A stretch of 61,002 bases of DNA, the filler included, from Sphacelaria rigidula (taxonomy: Eukaryota), in the NCBI GenBank assembly GCA_964200075.2. It is 5 parts of 5 records of this genome, joined end to end, with 100 filler letters (N's around TTAATTAATTAA, not from the genome) between each part and the next. Parts side by side here need not be neighbours in the genome. Positions count along the whole stretch, not along the records: positions 12,224 to 24,344 come from CAXNAA020004101.1; positions 24,445 to 36,564 come from CAXNAA020004102.1; 3 more parts are not named here. One strand, written 5' to 3'. Of this stretch, positions 23,776-36,664 are shown in pieces. The notes under the pieces are model-generated. The model searched no databases. It had not been told where the DNA came from and saw only the letters and a list, made by a program, of their open reading frames with translations. Numbering within the stretch: the stretch's first letter is position 1; every line of letters begins with the position of its first letter. A program made the translations under genes and the position numbers.

Positions 23776-24186
23776 AGGTCGAGTAGAGTATGTACTTTTG
23801 AGTACTCGAGTAAAGTACTCAAGTATTTACTCTTCTACTCGACGTTTGAGTAGATCGAGTACGGCCTCAAATACTCTACTCAACCTTTGAGTACGACGAG
23901 TACGGCCTCCAATACTCTACTCAAGCTTTGAGTACGTCGAGTACAACCTCAAATACTATATTCAATTATTGAGTAAGCACTCTCAGCAATACTCGAGTAT
24001 AGAGTATCACTTGAGTATGACCTCAATACTCTACTCGAAAATTGAGTACGTTGAGTACGGCCTCAAATACTCTTCTCAAATGTTGAGTACGTTGAGTATG
24101 ATCTCAAATACTCTACTCAAATATTGAGTAACCACTCTCAGTAATACTTGAGGATAGATTACCCCTTGGGTATGGTGAGTACCCCT
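23776..24186. repeat. GAGTA/TACTC palindromic minisatellite (~41-bp unit)
   Basis: Unit GAGTACGGCCTCAAATACTCTACTCAAnnnTTGAGTACGnn, with higher-order duplication. Confidence 0.85.
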
Positions 24187-24344
24187 GACCGTCGGCGACT
24201 TCGTGACGTCACTTCACAATGTTGAATGCATGAGCGAACGATGGCCATGAAAAAATAAAAATAGCGTGCAGATGAATGAACCTACCTGCCCCAGCGCCCC
24301 ATCTCACAAGCCCCCACCCACGGCAGTTCATACTCGATACCTCG

Positions 24345-24444
24345 NNNNNNNNNNNNNNNNNNNNNNNNNNNNNNNNNNNNNNNNNNNNTTAATTAATTAA
24401 NNNNNNNNNNNNNNNNNNNNNNNNNNNNNNNNNNNNNNNNNNNN
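24345..24444. other. Artificial contig linker
   Basis: N44-TTAATTAATTAA-N44. Confidence 0.97.
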
Positions 24445-24449
24445 CTTAA

Positions 24450-24546
24450 CCCTTCGACCGCGGGGTTATTCTTCTGTTGAATCGGCATCAATTTCAAGTG
24501 AAAAAAGTATGCATGGTCCAAAAAGACTACTCTCGCGGTCTAAGGG
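24450..24546. mobile_element. 97-bp piggyBac-like MITE
   Basis: TTAA|CCCTTCGACCGCG...CGCGGTCTAAGGG|TTAA. Confidence 0.85.
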
Positions 24547-24900
24547 TTAACCCCCATCCAAAGGCATATACCGAGAATCCTAGGGCAAAGGTGGCGCAAA
24601 AGATTCTCCAGGCGAAGTGTGCGGTGGTTAACCTCAAATTGGACAAGAAGGTCCGTTTCGCGCACGCTAGGAGCACTCTGAACTACCGAGCCCACCGAAA
24701 AAAACCCGATTATCGGCGTCCACACTCCGGGTGGCTGCGGTGACTCAGTTCCTCGAAACCTTCGGACGATTCGGACGTGGGCTGGAATCTCGTTGAAGTC
24801 ACACGATCTGAGATTTTCCCCAGATCACGTCAAAAAGACGGTGGAGGTAATCATCTTGAAACTCGAGGTTCCGGGTGTATGATTCGACAGTAAATTACTC

Positions 24901-24976
<76 letters not shown>

Positions 24977-25065
24977 CGTCGCCGTCGTCGTTGTCTTCAC
25001 ATTGTAAAAACCGATCGGATATTCGCGCGGTACATTAGTACTGGGCACCTGATGCGGACGCCCAG
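24901..25065 (-). mobile_element. 3' end of non-LTR retroposon with (CAA)n tail
   Basis: (TTG)n 24901-24975 next to sequence matching 48705-48783 in reverse (…AATGTGAAGACAACAACAA). Confidence 0.65.
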
Positions 25066-25647
25066 TAATATATCATATTGGGAACCTCTAGTTCGAGGTA
25101 CCTCCATTATATTTGGTGGAGAGCGACTATTGCGTCATGGTTATGCAAAATTCGACTTGGCGGACGACGAGGAAAAGGGACCGCTGGATTTTTCTCTCGA
25201 TAAAAATGAGAGGGCAAGCACCGCAGAAAGACGATGTAGTTCTGGGGACAAAAAAAAGAAAGAAGACTCTTGTCTGTGACTCTCGTCCTGTGGCACCCGT
25301 GCTGTTGCGCTCACATATACCGAAAGGTGTAGACTAGCGTCCGAAATAGACGGCATGAGAACACACAATACATCACTACACGACATGATCACACAAACCA
25401 CTCGAGTATGGTAATGAGACACGAGTATAACTTGGAGTTGAAACCAGTCAAAAACCTGTGGGCACAGGCATATATGCATGCGACACTCCAGCCAAAGTAC
25501 GCACTGCGGCCAGAATTGATTTGTATCGCAGTCTATCGTCATGATTTTTTTCTGTTCTCGAAGTTCCACCGCATATCTTTACCTACTCACCTACCGACCT
25601 ATCTACTTCCATGCCGTACACACACATGCACACAGGCCCATTTGCAG

Positions 25648-25893
25648 CAAAAGCGACAGAAGCAAGCTTGGTTCGAGGGAGCGCATGTGAAGGGGGGAAC
25701 CATGCTGCCGCCCCCTTCCACCCCATATGCCGCCTCTTCATCGCCGGAACCGTCATCGTCGCCGGAACCATTGAAACCCGAGCTAGTGCAAACATTGACG
25801 GAGGGGGTGGGGGAAGGGGATGCGCCAGAAAAATCCTCGGGGTCGGCGGAACGATCCAGAAGCGCGTCGAAGGATGACCCGCCCCAGCGATGA
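25648..25893 (+). CDS. Possible terminal exon, Pro/Ser/Glu-rich
   Basis: ttgcag acceptor, GC-rich open frame to TGA; no domain recognised. Confidence 0.35.
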   Translation, partial: QKRQKQAWFEGAHVKGGTMLPPPSTPYAASSSPEPSSSPEPLKPELVQTLTEGVGEGDAPEKSSGSAERSRSASKDDPPQR

Positions 25894-28800
25894 GCGAGGG
25901 CCGTCGTTTTGTGGTTTTGTGGTTCTGAGGGGGTTCGGTTTGCAGTGTTGCCACAATAGTTTTTTGTCCATTACCTGTAGTAGTCTTGTGCGGTAGTTTA
26001 TTATACTCGTGGTTGTGATTGCTGCTTGCTCATCACATTTTGCTCGTCCGGCCGTGTCTTGGGGAACCGAAAACTGTTGTTCGATGGAAGAGGTGCCGTG
26101 TGGTCAATAAACAATCTAATATCATGAAGGTATCTCAAACTCCCGGTATGTTTGACTGTAAATTAATATTCAACATAGCGGGAACCTCGAGTTCGACATA
26201 CCTCTGATGCCCTCCTATTCATGTCTACGTCATTCATGCTGAAATGACGACCGATCAAGATCGGATTTTTTTTTTCTCACCGCACTTTTTCGTCCGAAAA
26301 TATTATGTCCTAAACTAATGAGACACGACCTCATACAAACCCGCCCCGCTCATCACCGGGTACGTATATTGTTCCAAAATAGAATACTATCAAACTTCTA
26401 AAGTTTAGCCGTGGTTGAGGTTTGAACTTGTGTAGTTGCCTGTCTGTGCTCACTACTGCGATGCAGGGGTACAGAGGCCGGATGGTCGGGTTCCTGAGTG
26501 TATGTAATCGATATGTCTGTGGGGGCAACACGTCGAATTCTGGCTCATGTTCGTGTTTTCCCGAGCCAAACCTGAGCTCAATTATCGCCGGGATTTCTCG
26601 GGCAAGGCCGGTGGAGAGTCTGCAATAATGCAGTGTGCGTAGTGTGCTTTGTCGGAGCGAAAATCGGCGCTGATTTGAGCATAGACGGGCGGCTTTCGGA
26701 CGGCTGCCGGTCCTGAGGCTTGCTAGGACTGTCGTTGGGGAATCCCCGAGTCTGAATGCGATGTACCGACGGAACTTCACTTTTCATTTTCATTGCGGCT
26801 CCCATCAGCCCATCAGTACGTGACGTGGCTTGAACAAGTTTTATTGTTCATCCGATCGGAGAAGTCTACGGAGTCTTTCTTTCGAAACTCGTATGACACA
26901 TGAACTCCTTTGCTGTGTACGGTGTACCAGGCAGTAGGCACACTCGACAGCACTCGTACGGTAGATGGGAGTCATGCATGTATGATCTCTTGCAGTTTGT
27001 ACCGGACATGGGTGTTTCGCACCCATCTGTTCTCCCTCCTTGACAGTGAACTTGTGCTACTTTTTGGATGGCACTAACCTGTACTGTATATGGACATCTA
27101 CATGATGAAATGGACCATTTTATCTGCTGCACTTATTCGCAGCCTCTGCACGCCCGTCATGAGTTGCTCTACTCGTGCAGCTTGCAGATGTACTTTCGTC
27201 GTCCATCTGGTATATGCAACGTACCCCCACATGCCATCAGTCATATCAATACTACTGTACAGTTATAATGGAACACCGAACGATGCCGGAACGGCTTGAG
27301 CGCAGCAACCATGGCTGCGCTACTACTGTTGTAGCTGCTGATCACCATTCGCATATGGGAATGAAATGGCAGTCATGGAAGGAAATGGTTGAAGTCTATG
27401 CGAAGGTTGAGAATTTTGAGCGTACGGGCAATAAAGGAGGATGGTTACGGTATCGATTCACCAGCCGAAGTTCTTGCGCTGACACTTTATACTAGACTTG
27501 TGCGGTAGAAACCTTACGGTGCAGCACACTCAGTAGTAGCCACGGTGCCGTACCATGATTATATTGAAACGCAAATTTTGAATTCCCACCAAATGTTGCC
27601 TGGTACAGATATGGAAAAAGCTACGATCACCTATAAATAATAGTGACGTCACACCCACCGCCACCGCCGTTCACCACTTCTGCACGAAAGAGTACACACC
27701 ACGCCAGTCAGCAAAATGATGAACTCCGTCTACACTTTCTTGTATTATCGTGAAAGTGGCTGATTTTCCAAGTACATGAAACACAGACTGTTGTTGCTTC
27801 GCGGACGGGCAGAGGACAACCTCAACCAAGAGCAGCCAATGGCAACCCAATGTTGGGGTGGCTGCACATGTTCACCATTACGCTTTCGCTAGTACCCGTT
27901 ACAGCCGCTTTAGGAGTAACTTACACGGGATGAACTGCCACTGCAAGGACTACGTACTGGCACGTACTCCGCGCTCAACTGTCGTACACTGCGTCTACGT
28001 CATCACACACGTCTACGTATCACTGGGTGTCCACAGTTGTGAAGTTATGAACGCGGAACACGGACACGGCGACGCAACCACAAGCAGCGGACACACGCCC
28101 CCCAGCTGCCAAGACTTTTTTAACCGATGTCCTTACTTGATCTATTCCTGAAATCGTCAGTCGCCGTGAACACGAAATATGATTGCCTCCTCGAGACACT
28201 GGAATTTCTTGTTCAAGAGGACAATTCATTCATGATTCCGTTCGTTCTGGTGGTTTGTGTCTGCAGTGCACATAATCTAATGATCCCTTGAGACGCTGAA
28301 GTCTCCGCCGAAAGATGATCGATGAGTCATTCATGATTCTGTCCGTGCTGATGGTGTATTTCTACATATCTCCATGCAGTCGAAGTTATACAAAAACGCG
28401 GTGTAGCGTACGGAGTAGCGCTGCCCAGGCGGTCACTTGCCAATTGTCGCTACGAGTATACATGCGTTTCTGTATATGGGTCGGCCGACGCATGTGTGTA
28501 CAGGGAACCGGGTATACAACAGGAGAATCAGTAGACCTCAGTCACTAGGAGCCAGTTATTTGTACGTTCGGCGGTGCTGCAGATATGTCTACTTGCTAGC
28601 AGCCGAAAACGAAAGAATCAGTAACATACAACCGTTCTTCAATTAGTACAGGGCGCACAAGGCATATGTAGATTGGCGTACACACATACATGCGCGCGCG
28701 CGCGCGAACAGGGGTGGCATGTTTGTCTATCGTGAGCGACTGAGCGGGGATAGGCCGGGTCGCACCTCACAGGTCTTCCTTCATACCCGGGAGGTTCAAT

Positions 28801-31800
28801 CAGCAGCAAATAATGTGCATGCCTGAGAGTGCGGAGTAATTATCTGAGGTCCCTCCGCGCACGGTGCAGCAGCATCGTGGCCAGCCCGTCTTCGTTCGCT
28901 TTTTGGAGGAAAGGGTCATGTGGACAATACACGCACTGAAGTACCCACACAAGGCACGGCATGCTGTACACGACACACTCCTTTCCCCGGGATACCGGAT
29001 GCCGCACCAACACTCTTGCTTCACGCCATGTGATATACTCGACTTACTCCACTTTGATGTACGCAGTCCGGACTTTAGGGTGCTACTGCTATTTTTATAT
29101 CACGGGTGGGGGCTGCCTCTGGGGATCAAACAAGAAAAACATGACACGATGAGAGATGAATTTCCGAATAAATCTCTCACGCATCTCATGTGTTCAGGAC
29201 AGGCTGCATTAACTAATCATCATTATGCCGTACAGTTGACATGAATAAGCTGCATTGATCAGCTCGACTTCGCAAGTCGTGAAGCTGGTCCAACTGCAAC
29301 TGGGTAATCGGGCGCAGCAGGAGATGAAGGTGCAGCAGGATGATGAGTGGGGGGGAATATGTCACTCAGCAGCTCCGTGTATGTCTGTCGGATATAAACA
29401 GCTCCTACGCTTGAAACGTGCATTTTGGCTCGAAAGTTTAGGGTATTCGCATTTTTTTTCAGAATTTTCGCTTCGCCGAACGCGTGTTTTCTTCTTCTTG
29501 TCTTCGCATACTTGCAGCGGCCGGTCCTCGCGCCTAGCTTTGGGGCAACTCCTTCCTTCTCAATAGCATGGGGCAGTGCACTTAAAGCAGCAGGATGATG
29601 CCGAAGAGGAGATTACCCACAGCGAAATACCTATGCATATGCCCGCCGATATGCGCTTGCAGGGATGAAACGATTGTCGCTGGATTTTTCTGTTTGTCCA
29701 CGTTCGAAATGTGTTCAACTTGCGTTTGGTGGCCGTTACTCAAAATAAATGCTCCTGTACCACGGCATGTAGGTTGCATGGCGTCTACTCCTGCACTATA
29801 CCTTACCCTTGTCATTGTGTCCACCACACGTATATCTGGTTCGTCATGTCGTTGAAAATGACTTCGTTAGTGCTGGTGCATCGCCCCGTGCAATGTACAC
29901 GCCCATGCAACATAAATATTCAAGTGAGCACTCTCATCAACCCTTTGCGGATACTCCTGGTCTCCAAAGCGGCTTGTGTGTCTAGAAGAATAAGGTACAC
30001 CCGTTTCATGTACAAACGCATTTCTTGGCGCATTGGCGACGAACAGACCACAACGGCAGCCGGCACTCATCGGAAGAGCAAACATAACAGTGGAGACTTC
30101 ATAGCCTCCAAGGGCAAACAGAAGAACACATACCGTACGTGCTACTAGTTGTTGCTTTCTCCACCTCTGAGTGGGTCTAGCGCAAACAAGACGCAGACGC
30201 TTCCCGTGCTCATCTCCAAAACCTTTCCCGGCGTCACGAGCCATTTTCGCACTGCCTCTCGGCTAAAGCATCAGCAACACGGACACACAACGGAAGAACG
30301 CCGCCGTAACAGCCATACACCACTCCAAAGTGGCACCAAGTATCAGCCGAGTCTATACCTGCATTGTCTCGTACGGCGCGAGGGGTATCTACGGACTGCT
30401 GCTGCATTATCGGCTAGGCGCGTGCCGGCTTCACCACTCGAAGCAGTGTCTGCCTGCACCATCTTGAGAACTTTTCTACTGACATCACGCTCTCTCCAAA
30501 ATAGAGCAGGGGTATTGAAAAACAGACCACTTTTCAACCGACTGGGTTTAGGCAGAAGCAGGAAGGGAACGGGCAGGCTATAACGCGGCTTCGCTGCGCT
30601 GGTCACCATGCAGAACTGTATTGGTCACGAAGGTAAGCCCGCAGTGTTGTCGATGATGATGTCCATTTGTCATTGCCAACGTAAGTTATGTTCCCGCGCA
30701 CGCGTTCATGGCGTACATGGCCTTCCTTTTTCTGTTGTCGTACTGTTGTGATGAAGTTGCGACATGTGTGATGATGACTTGGCATTTCCAGCCCCGTGTT
30801 TATAAAAGAAAGGCTGGACAGATTTGTTGGGAGAACACGGCTGTAGGGGAGCCCGTTAGCGCCAATGGGCGTGGAGGTGCCGGTATTATTGACGGTTGTT
30901 CATGGACGAGAGACCTTACGACCAATCTTACATAGAGCACAGTATCGTGAAGCTCACGCGGTGAGTAATATCTCGTGCGCTGCCTCTATATGCATGCAGT
31001 CTGGGGCGGGGGGGGAAGGGGAGAGAGGGGGAAGGGGTGACGGATTTGTGAGACATTTCCAACGCGATCGCTGCGACGCTGAAGACTGCTGTGCTACACT
31101 GCATCCTGCCTGAAATGAGTGCTATGTTGTGTTCGTTTGTTGAACCTAAATCACGTTGCCGCATGCTACATAGCGGTGCCTTCAAGCATCCTGGCAAACT
31201 TTGAAGAGCGCACCTCTTGCGTACGCCCTTTACTCCACGTCCATCATGTCGAAGTCACCACATGCGATGTCCAACACACGTAGTTGTCTTTGCAGACAGG
31301 CAGTACGGTCGTGCACACGATCGTTTTCGAAACACGAGCTATCGACGGTTTTACGATAGTGGTACTTGTACACGAACTCTACCGCACCCCAAAAGGGTAC
31401 CTTGCACACAATCCCATGGTCTTTTGCTGTTGCACTGTCTGTCAAAGCTTTTCAGTGAACTCCATAGCTCGTTAGGGTGGTCCTCGAAGAGTGCTATGCG
31501 TGTGGCAGCTCCGACGAGTAAAATTTCCCGAGGCAGGGTTGGAGTGTGTGATTTTTCACGGCAGGGGTTTTGCACGAAAAAATATTATTATTACAACCAC
31601 CGGACAGCGCTCCAAGGTAGTATACGATGAACGTACAGCACATAGCAATTGATTCGGTACAGGCGGGTAGTGCAGCGCTAGCTGAGAGGAGAGGGTTGAC
31701 GTCTGATTACTGTCGTCTCTGTAGACTGCCGGCTGTGCCCAGCCAGGCCTTGTTGCCCGCAGAAAGCATAGGCACAGACAGAAGCAGTGTACGGAGTGTT

Positions 31801-34446
31801 CGAGTCCCTAGTGTTGGTCGAGTTTCATCATGAACGGGCACTGACTACCGTTTGATTTCTCCACTACGGTACTGAAGCATATCGCTTTTTATTGCCGATC
31901 TATTCTCCGGTTGGCGAAACGTTTTTGTGTGGCGCGATATTTTTAGCATAGTATTGCTGTTGTGATGGGTGCGGACCGCACACCGTCGTCAGGAGACAAG
32001 ATGTTTCCCAAAAGATTCGAAAACATCTAGCAGAAGATCGTCCTTCTTTTTTTTTCCCCTCGATCATGTTAGAGCCGCTCGGTCCGCTGCACAGGGCTAT
32101 CTATACTTGTACTCATACTGTAAGTGTATGGCGTTGTGCGGTTGGACCGCTACAGACACTTGGTGTGCGATGGGTTGTTCCTATGCTGGAGCGTACAAAT
32201 GTATGGTTGCAGATATCGTGAGTTGTATTTGGGTTGGGAGAGGTGGGTTGTCATGTAGTGTTGCAACATCTTCGGTCGTAAAGCTTTTTTTCAACCGCAA
32301 CTAAAATATAAAGTTTCCGTACTTTAGTTGATGCCACCGCACCATCAGCAGGCGGCGCTGTTCATGTGCTGTTCTCAGTTGTCTAGATAGATAAACCATA
32401 TACTTCATAGTAGTACACTTGGATTGGTTGTTGCTTGCTCGAAGACGTGAAGTTGTTCGCCCCCTTTTTAGTCATCTTGTGTCTCTTGGGGTCCGCAAGA
32501 CCCGGAACCCCACGTCATTTTGAAAGAATTACGAACGCAGATGAAGTAGTAATTGGTGAAAAAAACTCGCCGCATTTTTCGTATGTATGTACGTGTCCAT
32601 TTCACATGTACCTTGTCCTCTACACACCCACTCGTGTCAGTTTCACCTGATACGTACTACTTGTGCAGACGGTAGACTACTTGAATTGTTCCTCGTGCTG
32701 TCGACGCTACACAGCAGTGCTGTGCAATATGAAGAGCAGTATATGATCCGTGGCTCGTTGTTCATGCATGCTGCAGTCACGTGTGCGTGTTCACAACACT
32801 GCAGCGGCTCATTTTTCACGTCCGGAATGTTGAGTTTGTGACCCCAACTTGGAGTAGTCGAGATTTTGAGTCCATGCATATGAGACTGCTGCCTGAATGG
32901 ATTCTCGTCCTCGACTGTTTTGGCACTTCAGTGAAGATCCCGAAAACGTCCCACATACTGGATGAGGGTACACGAGAGGTCAACCCTTGCATCGCTGGGG
33001 TGCGCGATTTGTTGAATCGGCATCAAGTCCACTTGAAAAATGTCTCGAAGATTCACGGTACTACCTGGTGGTCACTGGTAAATCGGCATCGTGCTCACTT
33101 CGAAAATAGACGTAGTATGAAGACTCATATGGTGCACTCTTATGATCGAAGGGCTGTGTGTTGCCATCCCGTCTATCCTGCACGCCAGTCCAAGGGCAGT
33201 CCACACCTTTCGGTATTTGTGGGAAAGGGCCAAGAAAGTAAATGCCCCGACCGCTAGGGATGATCATCTATCGGATCGACATTTTTTTTGGATTTAAGCT
33301 TTTGTCGATTAGACAGAGCGCACATACGAGCACACCCTGGCGATGTGCAGACCTTCGCTCTTGAGCGCCAGATATCGCAGCGGATCACAGCAGCTCGGAG
33401 ATACAATTTTCAATTTTCGAGTGGAGAATGTTGCGGATTGAACACGTGGACAGCCGTAGTACAGTCAATCAGTAGTGGGTTCCAAGCATCTTGTGATTCT
33501 GGCGGTTTCACCCTCCGTTTCCCCCACGAAATATTTCAACAGGCGGTACGAGGTAGTGCAGAATAGTTTTTGCGCGAACATAGAGCGCATACAAAGTAAT
33601 TTTAATAGGCGCGGCACAGAAGGTAGTGTGGCACCGTAATGGTACTATAGACGACACAACAAGTGTGACATCAGCAGAGATGGAGAGAAAACTGTGAAAG
33701 CTGGTTCGTTCGACTTCCACAGCAACGAACAGACATTTCGTTGTGTCGATAATTACTTGAATGTCGTACTCTCCTGAACCTGATTGCGGCATATGCAGGA
33801 TCAACATATATCTCTCCCACGATGCAGCACTTTGAACAAGTTTGCACGTATCTACGTCACCACTGCAAGTGCGAGTACGGTTTTTGTACTGGAAGATTTG
33901 CCGTCGTCGGCCGAAATTATCCACCAGCCAACCCTGTTCATCGTATCTTCTTATGATTAATAAAGGCTGTCTCAACCTCGAGCTTCCGGGCATTTTGATG
34001 GTTTTTACTCCCTATTTTTCTACCGTTTCTCATCCCTAGTCGGGAGCCTCAAATTTTACATGAAGCCTTCTCGAGTACGGTATGATTTTGTACACATGAG
34101 TGCCGTACTACTGTACCGTTGTACAGACAGCACAGTTGCTTGCATGTAATCGTATGCGTACGGTAGTGAGGCCACGCCTCGTTATACTTGTTTCCCGGGG
34201 GAAAACACTTGAAAGAAAGTTCGGGCGTTGACTTCATCCCGACAACTTTTCTCCACGATAGTTTCTGGAAAACGATATACTTCTCACAAACTTTTCTCGA
34301 CCAAGTATTACTTTCTAGTTCTGGCCGTTTTTTATGGCGACTATTTGATGATCTGCTCATCAGTTGTACAAATCTGAGTATTTCAGCCCGTGTGCCGTCG
34401 ATTTTCTCCCGTAAATTGATTCTTCGGACCTCAGTCCGTTTGAAAT

Positions 34447-35040
34447 TGTTTCTCGACTAACTGCAAGAAAACCAGATCGATTCTCCGATTCTCTAGACGT
34501 TGACGTTTGGTATGTTACCTCTCTTCACAAAACCGAGACACTCCCGACTGTGTTTTGAGGAGGGATCACACGCGGCCAATGGCTAAACCCCAAAATGCCT
34601 CCGGAGGGATGCGCGGTCCTCCGGGGGGAAGACAAGCCTCCGGAGGCCTTCCATCCCTCTAGAGGAGACGAAACTCTACCGACCCGGAGGGTCGCGCACC
34701 CCTCCGGAGGATTCTGGGGGTATGCGCGGCTCTCCGGAGGCAAGAATAAAGCCTCCGGAAGCGTTCAACCTCTCTGGAGAGAACCAAAAAATCTCCTCTA
34801 GAGGGCCGCTCACCCCTCCAGAGGCGTTTGATTCCTCTGGAGGCTCGAAAAGTGTACCCACCTGGAGGAAGTTTGGAGGTAGCCAAATGGCCGCGTGTGA
34901 TGTATTTGTGAACGCAGATCTGTCTTCTTGTACAGGCATGTTCGAGAGTATCTCGATTTGAGCAGAAAGGCATTCGAAAAAAGTCATCGTCCAGCAAATC
35001 GGAGAGTTGGTCTGGTTTTCTTGCAGCTGGCCGGGAAACA
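34447..35040. mobile_element. TIR element (~60-bp TGTTTC... TIRs) hosting a nested element
   Basis: TGTTTCTCGACTAACTGCAAGAAAACCAGA at left is the reverse complement of the right end; TSD not resolved. Confidence 0.6.
34567..34899. mobile_element. Non-autonomous CMC/EnSpm-like element (CACACGCGGCCA TIR, 2-bp TSD)
   Basis: TSD AT; internal CCTCYRGAGG palindromes; copy at 56803-57186. Confidence 0.75.
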
Positions 35041-35053
35041 TTGCTCAACGAGC

Positions 35054-35406
35054 TGTGTGTGTTGTATGTTCTCGTCCCATTTATTCCAGACGCCGGTCCG
35101 AACCTTTCGGTATATTTGGGCGCACCAGCTGGTCACACCGGAGGAAGGCCAACGCAGGAGTTTGTTTGTTTTTTAGTTCTCCACCTTCCTTCTGCGTTGC
35201 TTGCCTTAATTTTTAATCGCGAGAGGGGTTCAGCAGTCCCCATCCCTTGTCGACCGTTAAGTCGAATTTTGTTTACCCACCATATAGTCGATCTCCACCG
35301 TTGGGAATTGTGTGGGGAACGAATCCCAGATTGCCCCGAGATCCGAACCCACGACCCAAGCGTCAGAAGGTTTCGAGGTTATCAACTGAGCCACCGGGGC
35401 GACCGG
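35054..35406 (-). mobile_element. tRNA-derived SINE with (AC)n tail
   Basis: Minus-strand A box TGGCTCAGTTGA and B box GGTTCGGATCT; body matches 54077-54300. Confidence 0.75.
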
Positions 35407-36564
35407 CTGTACTGGGGTCGGAAAAATCAATCCACGGGAGAAAACTACGAAATTGCGGCAAACTGGAGATGTACCGGGACAGAATCTGCTTAATTAAATT
35501 AGCGGGCGAAACCCGTATCTCAAGCCAAACCTCCCACACACAGATTAGGGTAACCCAAAGTAAAGTGAAGGAAGCGCGGTTATGACCGAGTGTTCAAACT
35601 CGGCACTGGCCTAAAATTGAAGACCTCTCCATAATCAGACGGAGGACTAAAACATGGGACATGCCCTGTTTCACTACTGTACCGCAGCAGAAACACTCAA
35701 TCCCTCTCGCATGTGTCGAAGCTTTCACTGTCTGTTGTGTTGTGTGTTCACGCATTGCGAACACGGTTTGGATTGTATGGACTGCGATATTGTCGTTGTG
35801 TTCGTCTCTGCAGAGAACACTGTTGGTCGGCACGCAGTGCTGGCTTCACACTGTTGAACTCTTCATGGGTGTGTTGACGGTTTTGTCTTAGGTTAGACGA
35901 ACAACGCGCTGTCCGTTGCTGCGACACTCCAGCTGGTGTCGTGCGTTGGGCGCCGGTACTGTACCGTACTTCTGTATTGTGTTCATTGTACCAAACTGTG
36001 TTATCTATGATCTTGGATTTGGCTGAAACGCGCTACGAGTTGGACCGCACGAACACTTGGTTTTCAAGTACTCCCCTGGCGCACAAACACCAACACTTGG
36101 TTTTAGAGTAATCCCCTGGCGATTCCCAAGCGAAATGGAGCGATCTGATTGGTAAATTACCAAGTGAATCTGTCCCGCTCCAAATGCCGTCTGCCAAAAT
36201 TACTTGAGGACGGACTGAAATCCCCAGGTTTTTACCAGCGCAAATTTGCTGCCATAAAAAAACGGTGCACAACCCTGGACAAAGGAGTACATTCTCAAAA
36301 TGTATGCTGCGTAAAGTATCGACTTCGCTTCTGTTCCGTCATGTACGCAGTATATAGTAGTCAGAGTCAGAAGTTTTCAGAATTCGTAGTCGTCCTTTTT
36401 CTGAGTTTTTCTGGAGTACCGTTACTCACTACTACTTGAAAATGCTAGCGCCGGTAAATTTAGGGAGAAAGCGTAGGCCGCGCTCAAACTGCAGTGCTCG
36501 CATTAGTGTTTTTGGGGCGACACGGATTTGATACTCCGTTTATCAGGAGGGTGTTATTGACCGT

Positions 36565-36664
36565 NNNNNNNNNNNNNNNNNNNNNNNNNNNNNNNNNNNN
36601 NNNNNNNNTTAATTAATTAANNNNNNNNNNNNNNNNNNNNNNNNNNNNNNNNNNNNNNNNNNNN
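36565..36664. other. Artificial contig linker
   Basis: N44-TTAATTAATTAA-N44. Confidence 0.97.

Noticed and set aside
23776..24186. CRISPR-like array
   Set aside because: Variable parts are only 3-6 nt, there are no unique spacers and no cas genes, and the context is eukaryotic
24851..25279. Poly-Cys and poly-Thr ORFs (also the CV/TH repeat ORFs at 13123-13410)
   Set aside because: Translations of microsatellites
23410..25893. Plus-strand gene joining exon-like pieces at 23410, 23700 and 25648
   Set aside because: It would cross an artificial linker between unrelated contigs
26300..33300. Exon-like fragments on both strands
   Set aside because: Could not assemble a consistent in-frame model or recognise a domain
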